Positions 24,266-35,452 of a DNA stretch of 64,000 nt are shown one piece after another. The DNA is from an uncultured delta proteobacterium (GTDB taxonomy: Bacteria; Myxococcota_A; Polyangia; Polyangiales; Houyiibacteriaceae): contig CAVOVB010000003.1 of the NCBI GenBank assembly GCA_963699755.1, positions 416,001 to 480,000 on the forward strand, given 5' to 3'. Below the pieces are notes generated by a model. The model ran no database searches. It was given only the letters and a program-made list of their open reading frames with translations, and was not told the origin of the DNA. A program made the position numbers and the translations under genes. Numbering within the stretch: position 1 is the first letter of the stretch; each line of letters opens with the position of its first letter.

Positions 24266-27200
24266 ATGACCGAGCAGACCTTGGCCAAGTACCTGGGCCG
24301 TCTATGGAAGGACCCATACGACACGGACCTCATCGAGGGCCTCCGCGAATTGCTGAAGAGTCCTCTGCCCGCCAACGACGACCAGGACCCGCTCCGACTG
24401 CTCGAGGCAGCGCGCGGAGGGCACGAGCGGCGCGGTGAATTTTTGGCGGCTTCGTGGTTGATGGAGCTCGAGACCGAGCTGGTTTCTGACGATCCCGATT
24501 TTCAGAAGGTCCTGGTCAAAGAGCTCGGCCGGGTGCGTCGTGACGAGCTGATGGACGACCGTGGCGCTCTGGTTGCCTTCGAGAAGCTCGGCGGACTCCA
24601 ATCCGATGACCCTGAAGTCGCCCAAGCGGTGGATCAGATTCAGCAGGTCGAGGAGAAGTGGGCGGAGGTTGCGCGCCGCTTCATCGAAGAAGCCCGCGAT
24701 GCCGCGGATCGACGGCTCAAGACTTCCTTGCTCAGCCGCGCTGCGTCCTTGATGTGGCAGTACGGCGGCGACGCAGCCGTCGAGGAAGCCGATCTGATCT
24801 TCGATGAAGCGTTGGCCGCCGATCCATCGCACATGCCCACGGCGCGCCAGTATGCGTTGAGCCTTCGCGCACGCGGCCGATGGGACGACGTGGTGTCGGT
24901 GTTCATTCGCGCAGCCAAGGCGGCACGTACACGCGAGGAAAAGGCGAGCGCCTGGCTCCAGGCGGCGCGCGTGCTCCGGAGCCCGCTCGACGAGACAGAG
25001 CGCGCTGCCGATGCCTACCGCAAGGTCTTGAAGCTTTCGCCCACCGACGAAGAGGCGCTGGGCGCGCTGGTCGAACACTATACCGAGATCGAGGCGTGGG
25101 ACGAGCTCGCGGAGATGTACGAAAGCGCGCTTCGCTCGCGGCAGAAGCTCGAAGCGGAGAAGGGCATGCTGCTCCAGCTGGCGATGGTCCATTGGCGCTG
25201 TCGCGAGGACCCCGAGTCGGCGGAGCCATTCTTTGCACGCCTTCGAAAGATCGATGCGGCTCACCCGGGCATGCTGGACTTCTACCGGGGCCAAATTGGA
25301 GACGAGGATCCAAAAGGCCGCTTCTTGACGATCCTAGGGGATGCACTTCGGACCACGACGGAGCAGAAGCAGCAGCTCGCCTTGGCGCGAGAGCTCGGCC
25401 ACCGAGCGCAGCTCGCCGACCGACCCGAGCGTGCTCTGGAAGCCTGGAAGCTGGTGGAACGGCTGGCGCCCGACGACGTCGATGCGCGCGCCGCACTTCA
25501 GCAGCTCTACCAGCATAGCGGCAAGTGGAACGCTCTGTCCGAGTCCATTCGCGGCGAGATCGAAGCCCTCTCGGTCGAAGCAAAGGAAGAGAAGCTGCGT
25601 CTGTTCCGCGATCTGATCCCGATCTATCGTGACGCGCTCCAGCTCGATTCGATGTTGATCCAAGTCTACGGGGAGATCCTGTCGCTCTCCCCCTCTGATG
25701 CCGAGGCGCTGAGCGCCTTGGCGAAGCTCTACGAAGACACCGGAAGATGGAACGAGCTGATCCAGATTCTCGATCGCCAGGCCGAGGTTGCCGAGGACTC
25801 GGCGGCAAAGGTTGCGCTCTACATGCGCATCGCAGGCCTTTGGCTGGAACGTTTTGGCAACCTGAAGCAAGCGACGAGACCGCTCGAGCGAGTCCTCCGG
25901 CTGCAACCTGCGCACGACGATGCCATTGCACAGCTCAAAGACATCTACACGAAGAAGCGCAATTGGGAAGCCCTGCTCGGGATCCTGGGCCGCGAAGCTG
26001 AGCTCGCGGCCGATCCCGCGGAGCGTCTCGAAAAGAAGACCGAAATGGCGCAGCTCTGCACCGAGCGGCTGCACCAGAACGCTACCGCAATCACGCTCTG
26101 GAAAGAGATCCTAGACGAAGCAGCTGACCCAGCACAGGCGCTAGACGCGCTCGAAAAGCTCGCGGAGCGCGAGAAGGACTGGGAGACGCTCGCCACTGTC
26201 GTGCAGATCCGCGCAGAGGGCGCAAGCGGCGACTCCGAACAGCTCGAGCACCTGCACCGGCTCGGGACCTTGTTCATGGAGCGGCTCGAGCGCCCCGCCG
26301 ACGCCATTTCGATTTGGGAGCGCGTGCTCGAGCTCGAACCGGACAACAGCCGTGTTCGGCGAATGTTGAAGGACGCGTACCTGACCCAGGGCGATTGGGA
26401 ATCCTTGGAGGGGCTCTTCCAAGAAACGGAAGACTGGACGGGCTTTGCGGAGCTCCTTGGGCAGACCGCCGAGCGAGCCGAGGAGCCGGAGTCGATCGTG
26501 CAGTTGAGCCTTCGCGCTGCGGAGCTCTACGAAGATCGCGTTGGTGATCTGCACCGCGCCGCGCGCTACTACGAACGTGCGCTCTCGACCGACCCCACGA
26601 ACTTGCAAGCGGCCACAGGGCTCGTGCCGATCTACGAGAAGGAACACAACTGGCCGGACTACGCGAAGAGCCTCGAGGTCGTCGTGTCAGCCACGGACAA
26701 GAGCGAGGGCCTGGACGTTCGGCTCCAACGCCTGCTGTCGCTTCGTAGCGTCCACTTGAACCATCTCCGTGATCCGGAAGCCTCGTTGGGATGGGCCACG
26801 CGAGCGTATCTCCTGGCGCCTTCCGATCCGTCGGTCGTCGCAGGGCTCGAAGAATCGGCCGAGGCGTCGGGCGCTTACGCGGACCTCGTCGCCTTGTTTC
26901 GCGATCGACTGGACACAGCCTCGGTTTCGGATGCCGAACGCCTGGATCTGCAGCGCCGGATCGCGTCCATCGCAGGCGAACGGCTCGGCGAGTCGGAGGA
27001 ATCAATTCGGCAACTCGAAGCGATCCTGGAAGTCGTCCCCGACGATGCTGAGGCGATGGCCGTGCTGGATCGGCTGTATCGAGCCGAACGCCGATTCGCC
27101 GACTTGCGTGCGCTCTATGAGCGCCGCCTCAAGAACGTGGCCGATCCCTCGGAGCTGTGGGTCCTTCTCAATGAAGTCGCGCAGGTCGAAGAGGAGAAGC

Positions 27201-30200
27201 TAGGAGACCTTCCCGCGGCCGCGGAGCGCCACTGGAACATCCTCGAGAACAATCCGCACGACGTAGACGCCTTACGCGCGGTGGAACGTCTCTCGCAGCA
27301 ACTCAAGCAGTGGGATCGCTTGGACGCGGCGCTTACGCGACGTCTGCAATCGAAGGTAGGCGACGAGGACCGGCTTTCGATCTATCTGCAGCTCGCGGAT
27401 CTGCGACGGATCTATCTCGACGACGCGGTCGGTGCGCTCGAGTGCTACCGCAACGCCTTGGCGCTCGACGGTCGGAATGAAGTTGCGATCGGTGGCCTCG
27501 AAGTGCTCTCAGCAGAGGGAGGCAACCTTGGCGCTGAAGCGATCGATCTCCTCGAGCCCGCGTATGCCAAACGGGGGCATTTCGCGAAGCTCGCGGGGCT
27601 ATTGCGCGCGCGACTCGAAAGGTCGAAAGACGCCGAGGAGCGACGGAAGCTGAAACTGCGACTGGCGGACCTATCCACCTCGGAGCTCGACGACGCGTCG
27701 GGCGCCTATGATGCGCTCGAGTCCGTGTTCATCGACAACGCCGATGACCTGGCTTTGCTCGACCGCTTGTCAGGGGTCGCGGAGGCGTCGGCCCAACAGG
27801 AAGCCCTGGCGAAAGCCTTGGTGCTCGTGCTCGATGCGGGTGAGGTTCGGGGTGACGTCGAGCTGACGATCTGCCGACGCGCCGCCGATCTCTACGATGT
27901 GGCACTCGGCGCCCCAGAAGAGGGGGCGCGCTTTCACCGCCGTATTCTGGAAGCCGAGCCGGACGATGCCGCCGCGTTCGCAGCGCTGAAGCAAGTCTAC
28001 ACCAAGCACGAGCAGTGGAACGAGCTGCGTGCGCTCTACCAGGGGCGGATCGAGGCCAGCACCGACGCGGCCGGGAGGCTCGACTTGCTTCTCCAGCTTT
28101 GTTTTCTGTTCGAGGAAATCCTCGACGAGCCCGAGCATGCGATCTCGAGCTACGAGCAGGCGCTCGAGCTCGACCCGACCCACACCCCATCGCGCCGGGC
28201 GTTGCAACGGCTCTACGGCCGCCTGGGGCGTTGGCCGGAGCTCGCCGAGCTTCTTCGGCGCGACCTAGACGAGGCCACAGGACAGGAAGCGGTCGATCTC
28301 GCCTACGAGCTGGGCACCATTTACGAGACGCGTCTGGCTCGGCCTGTCGACGCCGTCGACCACTTCGAGCTCGTATTGGAGTCGAGCCCGACCCATCTTC
28401 GCGCCCAGGAGGCGCTCGAGCGGCTGATGAGCCATCCCGATCAGCGGCAGCGCGCGGCCTCGATCCTGCAGCCCATCTTCGAATCTCAGGGGGCCTGGGG
28501 TGAGCTTTCCAAGGTCTTTGAGGTGCAGCTCGAGGACCTGAGCGATCCAACCACCCGCGCCGCGCAACTCGTGCGCATCGGTGAGCTCAGCGAGACCAAG
28601 CTCCGCGACGACGAGCTCGCGTTCGACGCCTACGCCCGCGCCGTTCGTGAGGATGTCGCTGATGGGGCTGCGCGATCGGATTTGGCGCGGCTCGCCTCGA
28701 AGCTCAGACGTCATCGTCAGCGCGCCGAATTGCTCGAAGCAGGCCTCGCCTCCGTCAGTGAGGACTTCGTCAAGGTCGAGCTTCTCCTCGAGCTCGCCGA
28801 GCTCTGGGACGTGTCGGAGCCCGAGCCCGAGCAGGCGGAGCGAACCTATCGGCAGCTCATCGAGATGGAGCGCGACAATCCCGAAATCGTTCTCAAGGCG
28901 TCACGCGCCCTCGAGCGCCTTCACGCGGCATCCGAGGACCATGCCGCCCTTGCACAGGATCTTCGCCTCCAGCTTCAGTTCGAAGAAGAACCGGCACGGC
29001 GCGACGAGCTCTATCCAAAGCTCGCCGAGCTTCTCGAAACGAGCTTGGACGATCCGGACGCCGCGATCTCAGTTCACCAGGCGCGCCTCGAAAACGACCC
29101 GACCCAGGCCGATGCCCTCACCGCCCTCGAGCGCCTCTACGAGCAGCAGGCGCGCTGGGAGCCCTTGGTCGAGGTGCTCGAGCGCCGCAGCGAGCTCAGC
29201 GACGACGAGGAGGAGCAGCTGAGTCTCGCGCGCCGCGTGGGCGAGGTTTACGAAAAGCGGCTTGGCAGCGTCGAGAAAGCGATCCGCGCCCATCGCGATG
29301 TGGTTTCGCGCTTCGGTTCCGACGAAGCGAGCTTGGCCGCGCTCACGCGACTCTACAAACAGACGGAACGTTGGCAGGAGCTCCTCGAAATCACCGAGAT
29401 GCGAGCCGAGGACAGCGATGTCGCCGAGCAACGCACGGCCTTTAAGTTCGAGGCAGCCGAGCTCATGCGCAAGCAAACCGCCGAGGTCGAACGAGCCTTC
29501 GAGATCTACCGAGAGATCCTCGAATCCGTGCCGGGGCATTCGCCCAGCGTGGCTGCGCTCGAAGAGCTTGCGGCCGGTTCGGATGAGCGACTAGGAGTCG
29601 CTGCGGCCACCCGGCTGCTCGAGCAGTATCAAACCGACGGCCGCCATGCCGATCAGATTCGAATGTTGGAGATCGTGGCAGCTGGGGACGAGCCGAGCGA
29701 ACGGGCGCGTGCTTTGTTGCGTGCTGCCGAGATTAGCGAAGGGGGTACCCAAGACATCGACGCAGCATTCGAGTTTACGGGACGCGCGCTCCGCGAAGGG
29801 GTCGACCTCGACGATATCGAACGCGTGCTTGGTGACTACGAACGTCACGCTGAGTCCACCGGACGCTTCTCCGAGCTCACGGTTACGCTGGCAAAGGTTG
29901 CAGCCGAGCTACTCGACGCGGATTTGCGAAGCCGGTTACGGATGCGGGCGGCGAAGATCGCGGAGGAGCGTCTGGGAGATGCGGACTTCGCGAGGGCTCA
30001 GTACCAGCGTGTCCTCGAGGAGCAACCCGACCATCGGGGAGCGCTCGATTCGCTCTTGGCGCTGGTGGAGAACGCGGGGGCGATCGACGACCTGGTCGAT
30101 CTCCTGCGACGCAAGGCGGAGCTCTGCGAAGATCACGAAGAGCGAGCAGCACTGCTGGTGCGGCAGGCACACCTCTACCAGAGCGAGCTTCATGATCCGG

Positions 30201-33200
30201 ATTCCGCAATCGAGGCACTGGACCGCGCGCTTGGCGAAGCGGACCATCCCCTGGCCTATGAAGGACTCGAGCGCCTCTATCGCCGAACCCAGCGATGGGA
30301 CGATTTGGCCGCTCTCTACGAGCGAGAAATCGATCAGCGGATCGGCGACCCAGCCGCGGCCCGATACGAGCTCGGGGAGCTCTGCATGCAGCGCCTTGGG
30401 GAGCCCTTGCGCGCCTTTGACCAATTCCGCGAGGCCCTGAGACAGAACCCAGAGCACGAGCCCACCGTGCGCGCGCTCGAGCGTTTGGTCGGAGAGCCTG
30501 AGCATCGCGGGGCGGCCGCGGAGCTGCTCGAACCACTGTACCTGCGCCGAATGGACTGGCCCAAGGTGACCCAGATTCTCGAAGTCCGCCTCGACGTGGA
30601 AGAGAACCCGACCCAACGGCTCGAGCTCCTGCGCCACCTCGGCGACGTGCAGGAGTCCCATCTCGAAGACCTCGACGGGGCCCTCGAAACCTATGGCCGG
30701 CTCTTTGCTGAAGACCCGCACGATGCACACAGCCAGGAGACCCTCACTCGCTTGGCGCGTTCGCTCGGGCGCTGGGATCGACTGGCCGCGATTTTCGACG
30801 AAAGTCTTCGCAATGTCGAAGTCGACGACGCGGACACCGCGGCGCTCGCGTTCACGACGGCCAAGCTCTACGACGAGCGCTTGGTGGACCTCGACCGCGC
30901 AGGTTACTTCTACCAGCGCGCGCTCACGTACGACCCGAGCAACAAGGAAGCGGGCAAGGCGCTGGCTTCGGTCTATACGCGGAGCCGCCGATGGGAAGCG
31001 CTTCTCGAATTGGACCGCGAGCGCGAGAGCTTTGCCGAGAACGACCAGGAGCGGATCACCATCCTGCACGAAATCGCGCGCACCGAAGTCGATGAGCTCG
31101 AGGCTCCGCAGGACGGCATCATCACCTACCGGAGGATCGTCGAGATCGATCCGGCCAATGCCCAGGCGGTGACCCGCCTCGACCAGCTTCTCGAAAGGGA
31201 AGAGCGATGGGAAGAGCTCGCCGCTCACATCGAGTTCCAAATCGGGAGCTCCACTGATGCGCGCATAGGCCTCGAGCTTCGGCAGCGCCTAGGCTCGATC
31301 ACCGAAACCAAGCTCGGCAACCCGGCGGGCGCCCTCGACATCTTCGAAGACGTGCTAGCCGACCGGGTCACTTACGAGCCAGCGCTTGAGGCTGTATCGC
31401 GCTTCGTCGAGGACGAGGAGCACGGGCCGCGGGCAGTCCAGATTCTCGAGCCGATCCATCGGCAGAGCGGCAACTGGCAGGCGCTGGTCGGCGTCCTCGA
31501 TGCGAAGGCGCGTCAGGCAGAGGACCCCTTCGAGCAAGCCGCCACCTGGCGCGAGGTGGGCCGCCTGCACGAGGGGCTGGGCGGCAATGCAGCGAAGGCC
31601 TTCGACGCCTGGGCCAAGGCCCTGGTTTCCGAGCCGGCCGATGAGGAGACGCGCGCCGAGGTCGATCGCCTGGCCGAGGCGCTCGAGAGCTGGGAGGCGT
31701 ATATCGAGACCTGCGAGCGGGCTGCCCTGGGCGCGGAAGAGCCCTCGCTTCGAGGCTCCTTTCTAAGGAGCATCGCCGAGACGCAAGACCGTGAGCTCGG
31801 GGATCCCAGAGCTGCGATCAAGACTTACCGCCGGACTCTCGAAGCGGATCCCGATGCAGAACAAGCCCTCGATGACTTGGAAGGGCTTCAAGTCATGGTC
31901 GGCGATTGGCCAGGCCTTTCATGGGTTTACGAGCAGAAGCTCGAACGCGCAAGCGAGCCTGAAACGCGCGCAGCGCTTCTATGCCAGCTCGGTAGCCTCT
32001 GCGAGGAGCAGCTCGCGAATATCGAGCGCGCCGTCGGGTTCTTCGAGCGCGCTGCTCAGGAGCAGCCCGATGATGGGGCCGCGTACGTCGCGCTCGACCG
32101 GCTCTTCGCGTCGGTCAACGACTCGGAGCGACTGGCCGATGTGCTCGAGCGACGGCTGGAGCTCGAAGAGGAGGCGGAGGTTCGGGTCGAGGTGGGGATG
32201 CGGCTCGCCGAGCTCTACGAGGCTCAACTCGGCCGTCCCGATGCCGCCTGCGATGCCTTACGCGCCGTCGCGGAGGCGGACCCCAAGCATCGCGACGCCT
32301 TGCAAGGGTTGAGCAGGCTTTACGAGCGCCAGGGTCAGTGGCCGGAGCTCCTGGAGGTGCTTCAGCGCCGGACCGAAATCGCAGCGCATGAAGCCGAGCG
32401 GGTCGAGCTCACCCATCAGCTGGGCAACATCATGGAGCGCGAGCTCGACGACGAGCTGAGCGCGATTTCGGTGTACAGCCAAATTCTTCGAATCGATCCC
32501 GGGCACGAGCCCTCGGTCCAAGCGCTGCTTCGAATCACCAAGCTCGCAGACTATCGTGAAGACGCGGCCGCGGCGCTCGAGCCCTTCCTCCGAACGCAGG
32601 AGCGCTGGAATGACCTGGCGACGCTGATTCGGCTGCGTGCCGATGCGATGACCGATCCGCAACAGAAGGCGGAGCAGCTGGTCGCGCTGGCGGAGGTGCA
32701 CGAGCACGGGCGCAAAGATCCGAACTCCGCGCTCGATGCTTTGCTTCAGTCGATCGGAGAGCGTCCGGAGGACACCGAGATCCTCGACCGGGCCGAGCCT
32801 CTGGCCGCGAGCCTTCAGCGATGGTCCGACCTCGTCGAGGTCTTGTTCGCGGAAGCGAGCGCGAGCCTCGATCCTGAGCCGGGCGCCGCTCTCTACGGTC
32901 GCGTTGCGCGGATCTGCGAAGACGAGCTCAAGGATTTGAGCAAGGCGATCGACGCCCACGAGCGAGCGCTTTCCTTGCTGGGCGACGATTCTTCGATCCT
33001 CGAGACCCTCGATCGGCTCCTTCAGAAGACCGAGCAATGGGATCGGGTGCATGAGGTCATCTCGCGCCGATTGGATTTGCCGGGCGCCGACCAGCCGACT
33101 CTCCTCTTGCGGCAAGGGCGACTGCGGGCGAGCCACCTCGGCGATTACGAAGGCGCGCTCGGCGCATACGAGAAGGCGATGGCACAGGATCCTGGGCGTG

Positions 33201-35449
33201 AAGATACGCTTGCCGCTGTCCGGAGCCTTGTCGAAAAACCACAGGTCGCCCCGAGCGCGCTCGACCTGCTCGAAGCGCACTATCGGAGAGAGGGCAATCT
33301 CGAAGAAGTCGTGCGACTCTATGAGCGCCGGGTCGAGCTTGCGGTGAGCGATGCCGATCGCGTCGCGCTCCTCACCCAAGCGGCTTCGATATGGGAAGGC
33401 GAGCTCGGCCGCCCAGAAAAGGCCTTGAGCGCCCTGCGCGACGCCGTGCGGACCGACCCCCGCGACCTGACGCTCATCGATTCCCTCGAACGTCTCGCGG
33501 AGATGTCGGGGCGCTGGGCCGAGCTCGATGGCTTGGTCGACGAGATCGCCGTACACGGTGACCTCGACCGGCGGGAAATCTACGAGCTGCGCCTGCGGTC
33601 GGCGAGCTGGTACCGCGATCGTTTGTCGGACCCGAGTGCGGCGGAGCGCGCCCTCACTGAGGCGCTCGGGCTCGATCCGGAGCCTCTCGAAGCGCACGCG
33701 CAACGCGTCGACTTGATTCGAGCGCAGGGCCGGCCCGCGGACATGGTCAAGGCGCTCCGCGCCTGGGCAGAAGTCGACCCGAGCACAGATCGGCGCATCG
33801 GCCTCTTGCGAGAGGCTGCAGAGCTCGCGCGTCGGCAGCTTCACGAGCCGGAGCTGGCGGCGGACTGCTATCAAGAGCTGATCGCCATCGAGCGCGATGA
33901 CATCGACGCTCTCCGCGCGCTGACGGAGATCCGCCGGACGCAATCACGATGGAACGAGGTCGTCGGGCTCTTGGAGCGACAGATGGAAATCGTGGCGGGC
34001 GTCGAACGTGCAGAGGTCGCGCAGTCGACCGGACAGGTGTACCGCGACCAGCTGGACGACCCGCGGGCCGCCATTCGTGCCTACGAAATCGCGCTCGAGA
34101 TTGATGAGAACGACACGCGTACGATGGACGCGCTCGAATCGCTCTATCGAGACAACGACCGTCTCGAAGCGCTCCGTGCCTTGCTCGAGCGACGGGCCGA
34201 TTCCGCCATCGGCGAAGAGCGCAGCGCACTGCAGCTGCGGCTCGCGCAGCTCTACGAGCATTCCTTCCGCGACCAGGCTGCCGCCATCGACATGTTCCAG
34301 CAGGTGCTACTGGCGGACCCGAGCAACGAAGTCGCAAGCGCAGACCTAGACCGGCTCTTCGAGGCGAAGGGCGCATGGGATGATCTCATCGCGCTGCTTT
34401 TGTCGAGGGTCGGTCAGGCAAGCGATGAGGAGCAGCGCCGCTTGCTCGAGCGCGTTGCGGACGTGCACCTCAACGAACGGCGGGATGAGGAAGCCGCGAT
34501 CACGATCTACCAGCGCATCAACTCGGACCTCGGCGCCGATGAGCATTCGCTTCGGTCGCTGGCCGGGCTTTATGAGCGTAAGGGAAGCTGGACCCGAGTC
34601 GCCGACGTCCTCGAACGGCTCGCCAGCCGCCTCGACGGTGAAGCCGCCATCGAGATGTCGCACCGGGTCGCGGACCTCTGGGAGCAGGAGGTTGGCGACC
34701 CCGGGCAGGCGGGGAGGTCGCTTCGGGCGACGTACGAGCGATTCCCTCGCGACGCGGAGACGCGCGAGAGGCTCAAGGCGCACTACCAGGCGGGAGGCAA
34801 CTACCCCGCCATGATCGAGGTCATGGACGCCGAGCTCGAGTTCTCGAGCTCGGACGCCGAACGATTGAAGCTCCTGCGGGGAATTTCCGACATCTATCGA
34901 GACGAGCTCGATTCCCCCGGGCAGGCCGCGCTGTATCTCGAACGCGCGGTCGAGCTCGATGGTGCGGATCGGGGCGCGCTCGTGCCACTTTGCGATCTGT
35001 ACATGGCGGCAGGCCGCCAGAAAGACGCCGTGCCGATCCTGCGTCGCATCGTCGAGAGCTATGGCGGGAAGCGCAGCAAGGAGTTGGCGACCCACCAGCA
35101 CAGGCTCGGCCAGGCTTTGGCTGCGATGGGCGACGCCGCTGGTGCGCTCGCTGCCTACGACGCGGCTTTCAAGATCGACCTCACCAACGTGGCGATCCTT
35201 CGCGACCTCGGAAAGCTCACCCACGGGACCGGCGATCTCGACCGGGCGCAGAAGAGCTTCCGCGCCTTGCTGCTTCAGAAGTTAGAACCCGATTCGGGAA
35301 TTCAGAAGGCCGATGTCTACTACTATCTGGGCGATATCGCGGCGAAGACCGACGACCCACGCAAAGCGATCACCATGCTCGAGAGGGCGCTTGCAGAAGA
35401 TGCCACCCACGCGCAGGCTGCAGAGCTCCTGGCAGAGCTGAAGGGTTGA
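24266..35449 (+). CDS. Giant tetratricopeptide-repeat protein (AgmK-like, myxobacterial)
   Basis: About 3727 aa with dozens of 'ALERLY...W..L' and 'L..DP.H..A' helical repeats; C-terminal 'FKIDLTN...LGKL...RALLLQKL'. Confidence 0.8.
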   Translation: MTEQTLAKYLGRLWKDPYDTDLIEGLRELLKSPLPANDDQDPLRLLEAARGGHERRGEFLAASWLMELETELVSDDPDFQKVLVKELGRVRRDELMDDRGALVAFEKLGGLQSDDPEVAQAVDQIQQVEEKWAEVARRFIEEARDAADRRLKTSLLSRAASLMWQYGGDAAVEEADLIFDEALAADPSHMPTARQYALSLRARGRWDDVVSVFIRAAKAARTREEKASAWLQAARVLRSPLDETERAADAYRKVLKLSPTDEEALGALVEHYTEIEAWDELAEMYESALRSRQKLEAEKGMLLQLAMVHWRCREDPESAEPFFARLRKIDAAHPGMLDFYRGQIGDEDPKGRFLTILGDALRTTTEQKQQLALARELGHRAQLADRPERALEAWKLVERLAPDDVDARAALQQLYQHSGKWNALSESIRGEIEALSVEAKEEKLRLFRDLIPIYRDALQLDSMLIQVYGEILSLSPSDAEALSALAKLYEDTGRWNELIQILDRQAEVAEDSAAKVALYMRIAGLWLERFGNLKQATRPLERVLRLQPAHDDAIAQLKDIYTKKRNWEALLGILGREAELAADPAERLEKKTEMAQLCTERLHQNATAITLWKEILDEAADPAQALDALEKLAEREKDWETLATVVQIRAEGASGDSEQLEHLHRLGTLFMERLERPADAISIWERVLELEPDNSRVRRMLKDAYLTQGDWESLEGLFQETEDWTGFAELLGQTAERAEEPESIVQLSLRAAELYEDRVGDLHRAARYYERALSTDPTNLQAATGLVPIYEKEHNWPDYAKSLEVVVSATDKSEGLDVRLQRLLSLRSVHLNHLRDPEASLGWATRAYLLAPSDPSVVAGLEESAEASGAYADLVALFRDRLDTASVSDAERLDLQRRIASIAGERLGESEESIRQLEAILEVVPDDAEAMAVLDRLYRAERRFADLRALYERRLKNVADPSELWVLLNEVAQVEEEKLGDLPAAAERHWNILENNPHDVDALRAVERLSQQLKQWDRLDAALTRRLQSKVGDEDRLSIYLQLADLRRIYLDDAVGALECYRNALALDGRNEVAIGGLEVLSAEGGNLGAEAIDLLEPAYAKRGHFAKLAGLLRARLERSKDAEERRKLKLRLADLSTSELDDASGAYDALESVFIDNADDLALLDRLSGVAEASAQQEALAKALVLVLDAGEVRGDVELTICRRAADLYDVALGAPEEGARFHRRILEAEPDDAAAFAALKQVYTKHEQWNELRALYQGRIEASTDAAGRLDLLLQLCFLFEEILDEPEHAISSYEQALELDPTHTPSRRALQRLYGRLGRWPELAELLRRDLDEATGQEAVDLAYELGTIYETRLARPVDAVDHFELVLESSPTHLRAQEALERLMSHPDQRQRAASILQPIFESQGAWGELSKVFEVQLEDLSDPTTRAAQLVRIGELSETKLRDDELAFDAYARAVREDVADGAARSDLARLASKLRRHRQRAELLEAGLASVSEDFVKVELLLELAELWDVSEPEPEQAERTYRQLIEMERDNPEIVLKASRALERLHAASEDHAALAQDLRLQLQFEEEPARRDELYPKLAELLETSLDDPDAAISVHQARLENDPTQADALTALERLYEQQARWEPLVEVLERRSELSDDEEEQLSLARRVGEVYEKRLGSVEKAIRAHRDVVSRFGSDEASLAALTRLYKQTERWQELLEITEMRAEDSDVAEQRTAFKFEAAELMRKQTAEVERAFEIYREILESVPGHSPSVAALEELAAGSDERLGVAAATRLLEQYQTDGRHADQIRMLEIVAAGDEPSERARALLRAAEISEGGTQDIDAAFEFTGRALREGVDLDDIERVLGDYERHAESTGRFSELTVTLAKVAAELLDADLRSRLRMRAAKIAEERLGDADFARAQYQRVLEEQPDHRGALDSLLALVENAGAIDDLVDLLRRKAELCEDHEERAALLVRQAHLYQSELHDPDSAIEALDRALGEADHPLAYEGLERLYRRTQRWDDLAALYEREIDQRIGDPAAARYELGELCMQRLGEPLRAFDQFREALRQNPEHEPTVRALERLVGEPEHRGAAAELLEPLYLRRMDWPKVTQILEVRLDVEENPTQRLELLRHLGDVQESHLEDLDGALETYGRLFAEDPHDAHSQETLTRLARSLGRWDRLAAIFDESLRNVEVDDADTAALAFTTAKLYDERLVDLDRAGYFYQRALTYDPSNKEAGKALASVYTRSRRWEALLELDRERESFAENDQERITILHEIARTEVDELEAPQDGIITYRRIVEIDPANAQAVTRLDQLLEREERWEELAAHIEFQIGSSTDARIGLELRQRLGSITETKLGNPAGALDIFEDVLADRVTYEPALEAVSRFVEDEEHGPRAVQILEPIHRQSGNWQALVGVLDAKARQAEDPFEQAATWREVGRLHEGLGGNAAKAFDAWAKALVSEPADEETRAEVDRLAEALESWEAYIETCERAALGAEEPSLRGSFLRSIAETQDRELGDPRAAIKTYRRTLEADPDAEQALDDLEGLQVMVGDWPGLSWVYEQKLERASEPETRAALLCQLGSLCEEQLANIERAVGFFERAAQEQPDDGAAYVALDRLFASVNDSERLADVLERRLELEEEAEVRVEVGMRLAELYEAQLGRPDAACDALRAVAEADPKHRDALQGLSRLYERQGQWPELLEVLQRRTEIAAHEAERVELTHQLGNIMERELDDELSAISVYSQILRIDPGHEPSVQALLRITKLADYREDAAAALEPFLRTQERWNDLATLIRLRADAMTDPQQKAEQLVALAEVHEHGRKDPNSALDALLQSIGERPEDTEILDRAEPLAASLQRWSDLVEVLFAEASASLDPEPGAALYGRVARICEDELKDLSKAIDAHERALSLLGDDSSILETLDRLLQKTEQWDRVHEVISRRLDLPGADQPTLLLRQGRLRASHLGDYEGALGAYEKAMAQDPGREDTLAAVRSLVEKPQVAPSALDLLEAHYRREGNLEEVVRLYERRVELAVSDADRVALLTQAASIWEGELGRPEKALSALRDAVRTDPRDLTLIDSLERLAEMSGRWAELDGLVDEIAVHGDLDRREIYELRLRSASWYRDRLSDPSAAERALTEALGLDPEPLEAHAQRVDLIRAQGRPADMVKALRAWAEVDPSTDRRIGLLREAAELARRQLHEPELAADCYQELIAIERDDIDALRALTEIRRTQSRWNEVVGLLERQMEIVAGVERAEVAQSTGQVYRDQLDDPRAAIRAYEIALEIDENDTRTMDALESLYRDNDRLEALRALLERRADSAIGEERSALQLRLAQLYEHSFRDQAAAIDMFQQVLLADPSNEVASADLDRLFEAKGAWDDLIALLLSRVGQASDEEQRRLLERVADVHLNERRDEEAAITIYQRINSDLGADEHSLRSLAGLYERKGSWTRVADVLERLASRLDGEAAIEMSHRVADLWEQEVGDPGQAGRSLRATYERFPRDAETRERLKAHYQAGGNYPAMIEVMDAELEFSSSDAERLKLLRGISDIYRDELDSPGQAALYLERAVELDGADRGALVPLCDLYMAAGRQKDAVPILRRIVESYGGKRSKELATHQHRLGQALAAMGDAAGALAAYDAAFKIDLTNVAILRDLGKLTHGTGDLDRAQKSFRALLLQKLEPDSGIQKADVYYYLGDIAAKTDDPRKAITMLERALAEDATHAQAAELLAELKG

Positions 35450-35452
35450 ACC

